The notes: a model not told the origin generated them from the sequence alone. DNA of 64,000 nt from Verrucomicrobiota bacterium (GCA_049510745.1 JBEKYR010000010.1:64001-128000), one strand, 5' to 3'. Counted from the first letter of the stretch, positions 11,004-20,083 are shown. Numbers and translations are program-made.

Positions 11004-11578
11004 ACAAGGACAAGACAGGGGCGCCAAGCCCGGCGCGCAAGCCTCTCAGCAATTCGTATTGGGACACGCTGAGCGAAGAGGAAAAGGAGTTGGTGCAATC
11101 GGTGTTGCGCAAGCCGGGGGTTTCCCTGCGCGAGGCGAGGGGGCTGGTCCCGCCGATGCGGGACGGTGAGGGGAAGGAGATAGGCCCGCCCGCCGTCGGG
11201 ACGCTCTCCAGGATTTCGCAGGAACTGCGGACGGAGGAAATGCTCTTGGAGATCGAGGCTGACACGGAGCTGGCGAAAGTCATTTGCGGGAAACTCCGGT
11301 CCGGCGCGCTCAGGTCACAGGTGCAGGAGCGGTTGTTGGATGAAATCATGGAAGTAATTGGCGAGGAGGTCAGGCACAAGAGCCTGCGCCGAATGGACCC
11401 CGCCATCCGGACGGCCTCCGCCCGCCTGTTGCTCAAGCGGGCCGACCAACGGCGGGCGGACCGGCGGCAGAAATTCCTCGAGGCGCGAGCCAGGAGAATT
11501 GAAGCCGGACCGACCCGGCCCCACTTGACCGAAGAAGACAAGCAACGGCGTCTAAAGGAACTCCTGGAAATTGCCTGA
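11000..11578 (+). CDS. Putative terminase small subunit (Mu gp27/DUF3486-like)
   Basis: N-terminal HTH-like segment (DTLSEEEKELVQSVL...SLREAR...GTLSRI), helical C-terminus; TGATG overlap with TerL. Confidence 0.55.
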   Translation: MNKDKTGAPSPARKPLSNSYWDTLSEEEKELVQSVLRKPGVSLREARGLVPPMRDGEGKEIGPPAVGTLSRISQELRTEEMLLEIEADTELAKVICGKLRSGALRSQVQERLLDEIMEVIGEEVRHKSLRRMDPAIRTASARLLLKRADQRRADRRQKFLEARARRIEAGPTRPHLTEEDKQRRLKELLEIA

Positions 11579-13119
11579 TGCCGAAAAAATCCAGATCTGT
11601 TTGGCCAGAGCCGCCCAGCGGCCCCAAAGGCCGTCTCCGCGACCGGCTGCTGAAATACCAGCAGCGGTGGGTGGACGATGAATCGCGCTGGAAATTCGGC
11701 CTGATGTCGCGCCAGGTGGGAAAAGATTTTGCCTCCGGGTACGAAGGCGTTTTCGATTGCATGCGCGCCGACGCGGTCGGGAAAAGAACCGATTGGCTGA
11801 TCGTAGCGCCGTCCGAGCGGCAATCGTTGGAATCGCTGGAGAAGTGGAAGTTCTGGGCCAAAGCATTCAAAGGCGTCCTCGAAGACTATGTGGAAAAGCG
11901 CGAAGGCGGCAAAGAAAGCCTGCTCAAATCCGCCACGATCACCTTCCCGTTCGGCAGCCGCGTGATTGCGGTGCCGGGCAAGCCGGACACGGTGCGCGGG
12001 TTCAGCGCGAACGTATTATTGACGGAGTTCGCCTACTTCGAGCAGCCCGACGCCACCTGGCGGGCGATCCTGCCCAGCATCACCAACCCGATTCGCGGCG
12101 GCGTCAAAAAGGTCCGCCTCATCACCACGCCCAACGGCATCGGCAACAAGACGCATGACATCTGGGTCAAGAACCACAAGCCAATCAGCGGACAATTAGT
12201 GAATGGAGGAATCAGTGAATCAGTGAATGCCGAATTCAACAATTCACTCATTCAAACCTCAACTATTGCCGGCGCGTCCGCGCCGGTCTGGTCGTGCCAT
12301 TTCGTCCCGATCCAGGCCGCGGTCGGTGACGGCCTGCCCGTCAACCTCGACGAACTGCGCCAGGCGCTGGACGACCCGGAAGGCTGGGCCCAGGAATTTG
12401 AGTGCCAGTTCATCGACGTTCAGACGGTCCTGCTTCCCTACGAATTGATCGCCGCTTGCGAGAGCAGCGAGGCGACGGCCGCCGCGCCGCCGGATTTCTG
12501 GCTGGGCGGCGGCGCGGGGTCCCCGCCGCTGGTCATGGGCATTGACTTCGGGCGTCGCCGCGACCTGACGGTCGCCTGGAGCAACGCGCAACTGGGAGAC
12601 GTCGCGCGCACGGTGGAGGTGCTGGAATTGGATAAGATGAGCACGCCCGAGCAAGTCGAGTTGTTGCGCCCGCGCCTGCGGCAGGCCCGGCGCGTCTGCC
12701 TGGATTACACCGGGCCGGGCATCGGGCTGGGCGATTACCTGGCGAAGGAGTATGGCGAATGGAATCCGAGTCAACACAAATTCGGGAAGATCGAACTCTG
12801 CGCCTTCACGCCGGGGTTGAAAGTGGAGATTTTCTCCAAGCTGCGCATGGCCTTTGAGAAACGTTCCGTGCGCGTGCCGGTCAGCCGGGCGATTCGGGAA
12901 GACCTGCACAGCGTCAACCGCGTGAGCGGGGCGGCCGGGCAGGTCAGTTACCGCGCGCCGCACAACGCCGACGGCCACGCCGACCGTTGCACGGCCCTGG
13001 CCCTGGCCTGGCGCGCCGCCGGCGCCTCCACCGCCCCGGCCGCCAGCGCCCCCGTGAAAGTCCCGCCCCGTGGCGGCAACCTGGGCCTGGGCAAGGCCGG
13101 CGGGGAGATGTGGCCGTGA
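11578..13119 (+). CDS. terL: Terminase large subunit, Mu gp28/FluMu-type
   Basis: LLKYQQRW Q-motif, SRQVGK Walker A, VRGFSANVLLTEFA Walker B region, ITTPNG, QEFECQF; nuclease domain GIDFGRRRD, LDYTG, HADRCTALALA. Confidence 0.9.
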   Translation: MPKKSRSVWPEPPSGPKGRLRDRLLKYQQRWVDDESRWKFGLMSRQVGKDFASGYEGVFDCMRADAVGKRTDWLIVAPSERQSLESLEKWKFWAKAFKGVLEDYVEKREGGKESLLKSATITFPFGSRVIAVPGKPDTVRGFSANVLLTEFAYFEQPDATWRAILPSITNPIRGGVKKVRLITTPNGIGNKTHDIWVKNHKPISGQLVNGGISESVNAEFNNSLIQTSTIAGASAPVWSCHFVPIQAAVGDGLPVNLDELRQALDDPEGWAQEFECQFIDVQTVLLPYELIAACESSEATAAAPPDFWLGGGAGSPPLVMGIDFGRRRDLTVAWSNAQLGDVARTVEVLELDKMSTPEQVELLRPRLRQARRVCLDYTGPGIGLGDYLAKEYGEWNPSQHKFGKIELCAFTPGLKVEIFSKLRMAFEKRSVRVPVSRAIREDLHSVNRVSGAAGQVSYRAPHNADGHADRCTALALAWRAAGASTAPAASAPVKVPPRGGNLGLGKAGGEMWP

Positions 13120-13298
13120 TGGAAGGGCAAGACCTGAGCGGCTCTACCAATTTTTGTCGCGCGCAAGACAAAGTTTGGCAAGGGCCTGATTGGAATTGTG
13201 GCTGGCGGGTTTTGGGGATTGATTTGTAGGATTTTCCCGGACAGGAAAACCGGTTGACTTGCGGGCCGGGTTGGCGATAATCGTCCTGCGCCCAAAAT

Positions 13299-13802
13299 AT
13301 GGCACGACTTGTAATTCTCAGTGAAGGGCTGACAGGAAAGGCTCACGAACTGGCGGTGGAGAAGACCACCATCGGACGCGTTGACGACAACATGTTCCCT
13401 ATCCCCGAAGGCTCGGTTTCCAGCCATCATTGCGAGGTGTTGTTGCGCGGGTCGGAGGTGGTGATCCACGACCTCCATTCGACCAACGGAACTTTTATCA
13501 ACGGCCATCAGATCACGGGTGAGGCTCCGATCAAGCCCGGGCAGATTTTGCGCCTGGGCCAGGTGGAAATGCGGCTGGAGGAGAGCGGCGCGCAAAAGGC
13601 CCCGCCCAAGAAACTGCCCGATCAAACCATGGTCATTCCGCAGGGCGTCAAGCTGGGTCAGGAACCGCCCACCGCAGCCGTGGCGTTCGATAAGACCGCC
13701 TTCACCAAGAAGAGCAACACCGGGACCAAAGTTTTCCTCGGGGTCGTCATCGCGCTGGCGATTGGAATTGGGATCATGCTCCTGTTCCTGTTCGTCAAGT
13801 AA
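13299..13802 (+). CDS. FHA domain protein with C-terminal TM anchor
   Basis: IGRVDDN, VSSHHC, DLHSTNGTFING; hydrophobic C-terminus. Confidence 0.9.
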   Translation: MARLVILSEGLTGKAHELAVEKTTIGRVDDNMFPIPEGSVSSHHCEVLLRGSEVVIHDLHSTNGTFINGHQITGEAPIKPGQILRLGQVEMRLEESGAQKAPPKKLPDQTMVIPQGVKLGQEPPTAAVAFDKTAFTKKSNTGTKVFLGVVIALAIGIGIMLLFLFVK

Positions 13803-13803
13803 T

Positions 13804-15729
13804 TCACCAGTCTTTGATCCTGCCGGTTCGGTTTTTAACGGGCTGGTTTTCCGGCGCGAAGATCAACACTTTTTCGTCGTCCTTCTGCGCCTCGAGCAGT
13901 TGGCGGGCTTCTTGCGGGGTCATGCGCGCCTCGGCCACTGCCGCCGGTTCGCCGTTTTCCTGGCCTTTGTCGTTCTGATCGCCCTGCCGGGCTTGTTGCT
14001 GTGGCTTCTCCTGGTCTTTCCCGGCTTGTTCCTGGCGGGCCTTCTCCTCGTCCTTCTTTTGCTGGCCGGATTTGTTCTCCTGCGGCTGGTCCTTCTTTTG
14101 GTCCTGCTGGGATGATGGCTGTTGCTGGTTTTGATCCTTCTTTTTGTCCTGGTTTTGCTGCTGTTGCCGGTCTTTCTGGTCCTGGTCCTTTTGATCCTGG
14201 TTTTGGTCCTTTTTCTGTTGTTGCTGTTGCTGCTTTAGCTCCTCCAACTTATGTTTGACGTAGGCGAGGTTGTTTTTGGCGTCGAGATCGTTGGTGTCGA
14301 GGCGGAGGGCGCGGATAAAGCTCTCCACCGATTGCTGCCAGCATTGTTTCTTCTTTTCCGGGTCGGGCAGCGGCTCGCCCAGGCGGAAGAGGGTGTTGCC
14401 GAGGTTGAAATAGGCGTGCTGCTGCGATTGCGGGTCGGCAACGATGTCCGCGGAATTGAGCGCGGCGTTGAATTGGTCGAGGGCGCTGTCCAGCTTTTTT
14501 GCCTTGTAGGCGGCCGCGCCCGCGTCGTAATGCAGGCGGTAATCGTTGGTTTTTTGTTGCGAGAGCCGGTTGTATTCGTCGAACGAATCCTCAAAGTTTC
14601 CGGATTGAAAATCGCGAAAGGCGCGGGAGGGCGAGCCGTGGGCCGCCGGCGCCGCCAGGAGCAGAACCAGGAGGGCGGCGGTTTGCGGCAGCGCGGCCCC
14701 GGCGGGGGCGACGTCGGTCCGGCGCGAGCGCGGGCTTTCGGGCAGCAGCACCTCGATCACCAGGCAGAGGACGGCGAAGCCCAGCGGCCAATGATAGCGT
14801 TCGCGATAGACGCGCGCCAGGCGGGTTGTCTCCTCGGTTTTGGGCAGCGGCGCCAGGCCGCGCGCATAGAGTGTTTCCATCGGATTGGCTCCTTGCAGCG
14901 GCAGGTAAAACCCGCCGGCCTCGGTGGCGATTTGTTGCAGCAAGGTTTGGTTCAAGCGCGATTTGACCGCGTTGTCGTCGTCGTCCTTGACGAAAACCGG
15001 GTTGCCCTGCTCGTCCGGGACGCGGAGCAGTTCGCCCTCCGGCGTGCCGACGCCGATGGTGAAGATGCGCAGGCCGGCCTGGGCGGCTTCCTTGGCCGCG
15101 GCCATCGTTTCCGCCTCCGCATCGTGGTCTTCGCCGTCGGTGAAGAGGACCAAAACCTTATGATTGTCGTTGCCCTTCTCGAAGGCGGCGAGAGCGGTCC
15201 TGATCGCTTCGGCCAGCGCGGTGCCGCCTTGGGGAATGATGCCGACGGAGACGGCATCGACCGCCTCCTGGAAGGCGGCCTCGTCGAGCGTCAGCGGCGC
15301 CTGCAAGAAAGCCGAGCCGGCGAAAGCGACCAGGCCGAGGCGGTCGGTTTTGGCCAGGCGCATGAGGTCGATAATGGCGAGCTTGGCCTTGTTCAGCCGG
15401 TTGGGCGCCACGTCCTGGGCCAGCATGCTGCGCGAGGTGTCGATGGCGACGATAATGTCCAGGCCTTGCTGTTTGGCTTCCTCCCAGGCGAAGCCCCATT
15501 GCGGCCGGGCCAGCGCCAGCAGCACGCCGGCGACGGCCGCCACCAACAAGGCCAGCCGTACTTTCTGCCGCGCCGCCGAAACGCCGGCCGTCAGGCTGGG
15601 GAGCAAACGGGCGCGGACGAACTGCAGGACCAACTTTTGTTTGACGCGCCACGACCAGCAGAGAAATCCAATGAGCGCCGGGAGGACGGCGAGCAGGACC
15701 CAAAGCACTTGTGGTTGCGCGAATTTCAT
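13804..15729 (-). CDS. BatB/BatC-like fusion (VWA + TPR + Q/K/D-rich tail)
   Basis: DTSRSM MIDAS, LFTDGED, TPRs (AYFNLGNTLF), low-complexity QKD linker, KDW C-terminus. Confidence 0.88.
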   Translation of the reverse strand: MKFAQPQVLWVLLAVLPALIGFLCWSWRVKQKLVLQFVRARLLPSLTAGVSAARQKVRLALLVAAVAGVLLALARPQWGFAWEEAKQQGLDIIVAIDTSRSMLAQDVAPNRLNKAKLAIIDLMRLAKTDRLGLVAFAGSAFLQAPLTLDEAAFQEAVDAVSVGIIPQGGTALAEAIRTALAAFEKGNDNHKVLVLFTDGEDHDAEAETMAAAKEAAQAGLRIFTIGVGTPEGELLRVPDEQGNPVFVKDDDDNAVKSRLNQTLLQQIATEAGGFYLPLQGANPMETLYARGLAPLPKTEETTRLARVYRERYHWPLGFAVLCLVIEVLLPESPRSRRTDVAPAGAALPQTAALLVLLLAAPAAHGSPSRAFRDFQSGNFEDSFDEYNRLSQQKTNDYRLHYDAGAAAYKAKKLDSALDQFNAALNSADIVADPQSQQHAYFNLGNTLFRLGEPLPDPEKKKQCWQQSVESFIRALRLDTNDLDAKNNLAYVKHKLEELKQQQQQQKKDQNQDQKDQDQKDRQQQQNQDKKKDQNQQQPSSQQDQKKDQPQENKSGQQKKDEEKARQEQAGKDQEKPQQQARQGDQNDKGQENGEPAAVAEARMTPQEARQLLEAQKDDEKVLIFAPENQPVKNRTGRIKDW

Positions 15730-15733
15730 GCGG

Positions 15734-16723
15734 TCAGGGCAGTTTTCTCCAGACGGTCTGGGCCAGGATCATTTCCAGGAGGAACACCGACAGCCCGGCG
15801 ATGGCCAGATGCCCGAACAACTCATCGTAATGCTGGTACTTTTTGACTTCCACTTCCGATTTTTCCAGCCGGTCGATCTCCGCGTAGATTTTTCGTAGGG
15901 TGTCCGCGCTGTCGGCGCGGTAATATTTTCCATTGGTCTTCTGCGCGATCTTCGTCAGCGTGTCCTCGTCCACATCCACATCAATGTACTGATAGCGCTT
16001 CTGTCCCATCGGATCAATGTACGGATACGGCGCCTTGCCCCGGATGCCGATGCCGATGGTATAGACTTTGACCGCGAGCGCCTGGGCGGCCTCCGCCGCA
16101 GTCAGGGGCTGGATTTTTCCCGAATTGTTCTGCCCATCGGTCATGAGAATGACGATCTTGCTTTTGTCCTTGAGGTCTTTGAGGCGGTTGAGGGCGGCCA
16201 TCAAGGCCGAGCCGATGGCGGTGCTGTTTTCATCGATCTTGCCGATGTCCAGGCGGTCGAGATTGCGCTGCAAAAAATCATGATCCAGCGTCAGGGGCGA
16301 GGCGATGTAGGCGTCCTTGGCGAAGGCGACCAGGCCGATGCGGTCATTGGGCCGGTTGTCGATGAATTTGCCCAGGACTTCCTTGGCCAGCTTGATGCGG
16401 CTGAGGCCCTCGCCGAAATCCTCCGAGCGCATGCTGCCGGAGAGGTCGATGGCGACGACGATGTCAATGCCGCTGGCCTTGATGTGGGATTCCCCGCGCA
16501 CCAGGCGGGGCTGGGCCAGGGCGACAATAAACAACGCCAGCGCCAGCCAGCGCAAATTGGCCAGGATGGCGCCGGCGCGGGATCGGCGCAGCCCGGATAT
16601 GGGGCGCACCAAATCGATCGACGAATAAACAAAGGAGGCGCTTTGGCCCAGCTTCCCCTTCAGCCACTCCAGCGCCGGCAGCAGAAGCAGCCCTGACAAA
16701 ACATAAGGATGGGCGAAGGTCAT
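15734..16723 (-). CDS. batA: BatA-like VWA domain protein
   Basis: MTFAHP N-terminus, DLSGSM MIDAS, TAIGSAL, MTDGQNNSG; ATGA overlap with the upstream gene. Confidence 0.88.
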   Translation of the reverse strand: MTFAHPYVLSGLLLLPALEWLKGKLGQSASFVYSSIDLVRPISGLRRSRAGAILANLRWLALALFIVALAQPRLVRGESHIKASGIDIVVAIDLSGSMRSEDFGEGLSRIKLAKEVLGKFIDNRPNDRIGLVAFAKDAYIASPLTLDHDFLQRNLDRLDIGKIDENSTAIGSALMAALNRLKDLKDKSKIVILMTDGQNNSGKIQPLTAAEAAQALAVKVYTIGIGIRGKAPYPYIDPMGQKRYQYIDVDVDEDTLTKIAQKTNGKYYRADSADTLRKIYAEIDRLEKSEVEVKKYQHYDELFGHLAIAGLSVFLLEMILAQTVWRKLP

Positions 16724-17322
16724 GGGGCGGTGGCGGCCGGCATGGCGGCGGCGGGTTGGGTTGGCTGGGGCGTCCAGACAGGTTCGGTTTCGTTGACCAG
16801 GCGCAGGGCGGCGTCGTGCAAGGCGCGCAGTCCGATCTCCGCCGGCTCGTATTTGGCGAACTTGATGAGATCGCAACCTTCCAGGAAATCGCCCAGGCTT
16901 TGTTTTTGAGCGGCTGTCAATAAATCGGTGCTTTGCAATTCGTAAAGAAACTCCTCCGTCGTGCGTTCGGGCGCGTGGAAATTGAACCGCTCCTCGAGAT
17001 AGGCCCGGACGGCGTCGGAAACGGCGATGGAAAACGGCTTGGGCTGGCTCAACAGGGAGAGCGCCTGATCGAGGCGGCGGCGCGCCCGCACGTGCGGCGG
17101 GACGGGCGGAACGAGCGGGACGGCGGCGGCCTTTTTGCGCCGGTAACGCCACACCAGCCAGGCCGCGGCCAGCGCCGCCAGGAGGGCGGCGATGCAGAAG
17201 AACCAAAGCCAGCCGTTGGGAATCTGGATGAGCGGTTTGAGGACGTCGTGAAAGACCAGCGGAGGCGCGTTGGTGGCGGCGGGCGATTGGGCGGGAATGA
17301 TGAGAGCGAAATTCGTGTTCAT
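16720..17322 (-). CDS. DUF4381-like single-TM protein of the Bat operon
   Basis: TM followed by PPHVRARRRL, ERTTEEFL, DLIKFAKY. Confidence 0.78.
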   Translation of the reverse strand: MNTNFALIIPAQSPAATNAPPLVFHDVLKPLIQIPNGWLWFFCIAALLAALAAAWLVWRYRRKKAAAVPLVPPVPPHVRARRRLDQALSLLSQPKPFSIAVSDAVRAYLEERFNFHAPERTTEEFLYELQSTDLLTAAQKQSLGDFLEGCDLIKFAKYEPAEIGLRALHDAALRLVNETEPVWTPQPTQPAAAMPAATAP

Positions 17323-18278
17323 GCTCGGCCGTGGCGCCGCCGCTTTTCGCGCGTTTCGAAGAACCGCCCCAGGGCCGCCGCATACGGTTCGCTGGCCCGC
17401 GCCTCGATGGTGTCGATCTTGGCCGAGCGCAACTGGCGGAACAGCTCGGACTGATGTTTGGCCCGGCGGAGGGCAAAGGCGCGGCGCTTGCGCGCGTCGT
17501 GCGTGTTGATCTCGATGGTTTCGCCGGTTTCGGCGTCGCTCAACTGCAACCGGCCCAGGGCGGGCAGTTCCAATTCAAAACGATCCACCACCTGGATGGC
17601 GATGACATCGTGGCGGCGGTTGGCCTGGCGAAGGGCCGGCAAGGTGCGCGGACCCAGCGTCGGCGAAACCAGATAGGCCGAGGCGCGGTTGGGATCATTG
17701 CGGGCGGCGGCGCCATGCTCGAAGAGGAAATCGGAAATAATCACGGCAATGGCGTGGCGGCGGGCCAAACGATTGAGCGCGTCGAGCGCCACGTTGAAAT
17801 TGGTGCCGCGCCGGCGGGGCTGGAAACAGAGGATTTCGCGAATCACGCGCAAGACGTGGCGCCGGCCTTTCCTGGGCGGGATGTATTTTTCCACTTCCTC
17901 GGTGAACAGGATCAGGCCGACCTTGTCGTTGTTGCGGATGGCGGAGAAGGCCAGGACCGAGCCGATCTCGGCCGCCAGCTCGCGTTTGGATTGGTCGCCG
18001 GAACCGAAGAGGCCCGACCCGCTCAGATCGACCACGAGCATGAGGGTCAGTTCGCGTTCCTCGACAAACTTCTTGACGAAGGGATGGTTCATGCGGGCGG
18101 TCACGTTCCAGTCGATGGAGCGGACCTCGTCGCCCGGCTGGTATTCGCGCACCTCCTCGAAATTCATGCCCTGGCCCTTGAAGACGCTGTGGTACTGCCC
18201 GCCCATCGTCTCGCTGACCAGGCGGGTGGTGCGCAGCTCGATCTGCCGGATTTTCTTGAGGATTTCGCGCGGGATCAT
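17319..18278 (-). CDS. DUF58 domain protein
   Basis: GQGMNFEEVREYQPGDEVRSIDWNVTAR, VDLSGS, ISDF. Confidence 0.93.
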   Translation of the reverse strand: MIPREILKKIRQIELRTTRLVSETMGGQYHSVFKGQGMNFEEVREYQPGDEVRSIDWNVTARMNHPFVKKFVEERELTLMLVVDLSGSGLFGSGDQSKRELAAEIGSVLAFSAIRNNDKVGLILFTEEVEKYIPPRKGRRHVLRVIREILCFQPRRRGTNFNVALDALNRLARRHAIAVIISDFLFEHGAAARNDPNRASAYLVSPTLGPRTLPALRQANRRHDVIAIQVVDRFELELPALGRLQLSDAETGETIEINTHDARKRRAFALRRAKHQSELFRQLRSAKIDTIEARASEPYAAALGRFFETREKRRRHGRA

Positions 18279-18302
18279 GGGGGGAATTGCATGGCTGCAA
18301 AC

Positions 18303-18331
18303 TTGCCATCCGTCCGGGTATCAGGTAAAGT
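18303..18331 (+). promoter_or_regulatory. Sigma70-type promoter of the TA cassette (leaderless)
   Basis: TTGCCA-17 nt-TAAAGT, with ATG 7 nt after the -10 box. Confidence 0.6.
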
Positions 18332-18338
18332 TCCTTGC

Positions 18339-18572
18339 ATGAGTGCGTCGGAAATTCTCGAAGCGGCGAAAGCTCTTCCGCAAGAAGAGCGGATCAAACT
18401 TGCGCAAGACTTTTGGGAAATTATCACGGAAGACGGATACGACCCCGATCTGACGCCGGAACAGGCGGCGGAACTTGATCGCCGTCTCGCTGACTTCGAA
18501 GCCAATCCGCACGAAGGAATTCCTTGGGAGCAAGTTAAGGCTGAACTCAGCCAGCGTTTCGGTTGGAAATGA
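18339..18572 (+). CDS. Addiction module antitoxin (TIGR02574-like)
   Basis: ALPQEERIKLAQDFWE...ELDRRLADFEANP..GIPWEQVK. Confidence 0.88.
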   Translation: MSASEILEAAKALPQEERIKLAQDFWEIITEDGYDPDLTPEQAAELDRRLADFEANPHEGIPWEQVKAELSQRFGWK

Positions 18573-18871
18573 GCCGCCGGGACATTTTCAAACGGGCGGC
18601 GCGCCTCGAATTCGTTGAGGCTACAGTTTGGTATGAAAAACAGCGCCCAGGATTGGGGCGGGAGTTCGTCTTGGAGGTCGAGCGCGCGCTGCAACGTGCG
18701 CAAGCCAATCCGGAACGTTTCCCAATGGTTCGGCGACAGGCCCGGAAGATTCGTTTGCGGCGATTTTCTCGTTACAGCATTTATTTCGCCGTCAAAGACG
18801 GAGCATTCTCCATTTTGGCGGTTTTTCACGGTTCGCGTGACCCGGAGGAACTCTGGCGGCGGCTGGGATGA
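18569..18871 (+). CDS. RelE/ParE family toxin
   Basis: WYEKQRPGLGREF, NPERFP, LRRFSRYSIYF, LAVFHGSRDP; ATGA-coupled to the antitoxin. Confidence 0.88.
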   Translation: MSRRDIFKRAARLEFVEATVWYEKQRPGLGREFVLEVERALQRAQANPERFPMVRRQARKIRLRRFSRYSIYFAVKDGAFSILAVFHGSRDPEELWRRLG

Positions 18872-19021
18872 AAACTTCGCGAGCGCTTCGGCCACAACGT
18901 GGTTCGTGTGAATCTCGATCTGCCGGACGTTGTTGGTAATCTCTTGAGGAATCATGGCTTGGAGAATGCACCTATTGGGTCGTTTCCAAATCGTAGAAAT
19001 GCCTCACGCATGGACTCCATC

Positions 19022-20014
19022 TCACGGCACGGGCAGTTCGTTGAAAATCTTGGTGATGATGGTCTCGCTGCTTTTTTCCTCGGCCTCCGCCTCGTAGGTC
19101 ACCGTCACCCGGTGGCGCAAGACATCCATCCCGATGCTCTTGACATCCTGCGGCGTGACGTAGCCGCGCCCGCGCAGAAAGGCATAGGCCTTGGCCGCGA
19201 GAGTCAAGGCAATGGTGGCGCGGGGCGAGGCGCCGAGTTGAATCAACCCTTGCAGGCCCGCGATTTTGTAGGCGGCCGGGTCGCGCGTGCAGCAGACCAG
19301 ATCGACGATGTAATCCTTGACCTTGTCGTCAATATAAATGTCGTTGAGCACCTGCCGGGCTTCGAGGACTTGCTGGGGAGAGACCACCCGGCCGGGGAAG
19401 GCCACGGCGCTGGTGCGGGCCATCAAATCCAGAATCTGCCGCTCCTCCTGGCGGGACGGGTAAACGATTTTGAGCTTCAACATGAAGCGGTCCACCTGCG
19501 CTTCGGGCAGCGGATAGGTGCCCTCCTGTTCGATTGGGTTCTGCGTCGCCAGGACCAGGAAGGGCTCCTCCAGTTTGAACGTCTGGTCGCCGATGGTGAC
19601 CTGCTTTTCCTGCATCGCTTCCAGCAACGCGCTTTGCACCTTGGCGGGCGAGCGGTTGATTTCGTCGGCCAGGATGAGGTTGGCGAAAATGGGGCCGCGC
19701 CGGGTGGTAAAAGCGCCGGTCTGCGGATTGTAGATTTGCGTGCCGATCAAGTCGGCGGGCAGGAGGTCCGGGGTGAATTGGAGCCGGGAAAACTTGACGT
19801 CGATGGCGGCGGCCAGAGCCTTGACGGAAAGGGTTTTGGCCAGGCCGGGAACGCCCTCCAAGAGGACGTGGCCGTTGGCCAGCAAGCCGATGACCAGGCG
19901 TTCGACGAGGTAAGTCTGGCCGACGACCACTTTGCCGATTTCGTTAAAGAGCGGGCGCGCAAAAGCGCTGGCCCGCTGCACTTGCTCGTTCAGGGCGCTG
20001 ATTCCGGTATTCAT
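19022..20014 (-). CDS. moxR: MoxR family AAA+ ATPase
   Basis: GVPGLAKT, QFTPDLLPAD, ADEINR, ATQNPIEQEGTYPLPEAQVDRF, GASPRA. Confidence 0.95.
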   Translation of the reverse strand: MNTGISALNEQVQRASAFARPLFNEIGKVVVGQTYLVERLVIGLLANGHVLLEGVPGLAKTLSVKALAAAIDVKFSRLQFTPDLLPADLIGTQIYNPQTGAFTTRRGPIFANLILADEINRSPAKVQSALLEAMQEKQVTIGDQTFKLEEPFLVLATQNPIEQEGTYPLPEAQVDRFMLKLKIVYPSRQEERQILDLMARTSAVAFPGRVVSPQQVLEARQVLNDIYIDDKVKDYIVDLVCCTRDPAAYKIAGLQGLIQLGASPRATIALTLAAKAYAFLRGRGYVTPQDVKSIGMDVLRHRVTVTYEAEAEEKSSETIITKIFNELPVP

Positions 20015-20083
20015 AGTCAAAAATTACGTATGCCAAAAAGACAACCCAAACCCAATTTTGTTCAGAAAAACCAAGGGTTTCGC

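Larger units (their letters stand above)
8762..13119 (+). mobile_element. Orphan Mu-like phage late-operon block (lysis-position genes to large terminase), no portal/head/tail/transposase in window
   Basis: Seven co-oriented genes ending in a Mu gp28-type TerL; order matches Mu lysis-gp25-gp26-gp27-gp28; flanked by host SDR and FHA genes. Confidence 0.72.
18275..18955 (-). other. 226-aa bridging ORF: degenerate copy of the DUF58 N-terminus, then open antisense across the TA cassette
   Basis: MIPQEITNNVRQIEIHTNHVVAEALA vs MIPREILKKIRQIELRTTRLVSETMG; its TGA overlaps the DUF58 ATG. Confidence 0.6.

Noticed and set aside
13960..14240. Low-complexity CTG/TTG repeats
   Set aside because: They encode the Q/K/D-rich linker normal for BatC-like proteins
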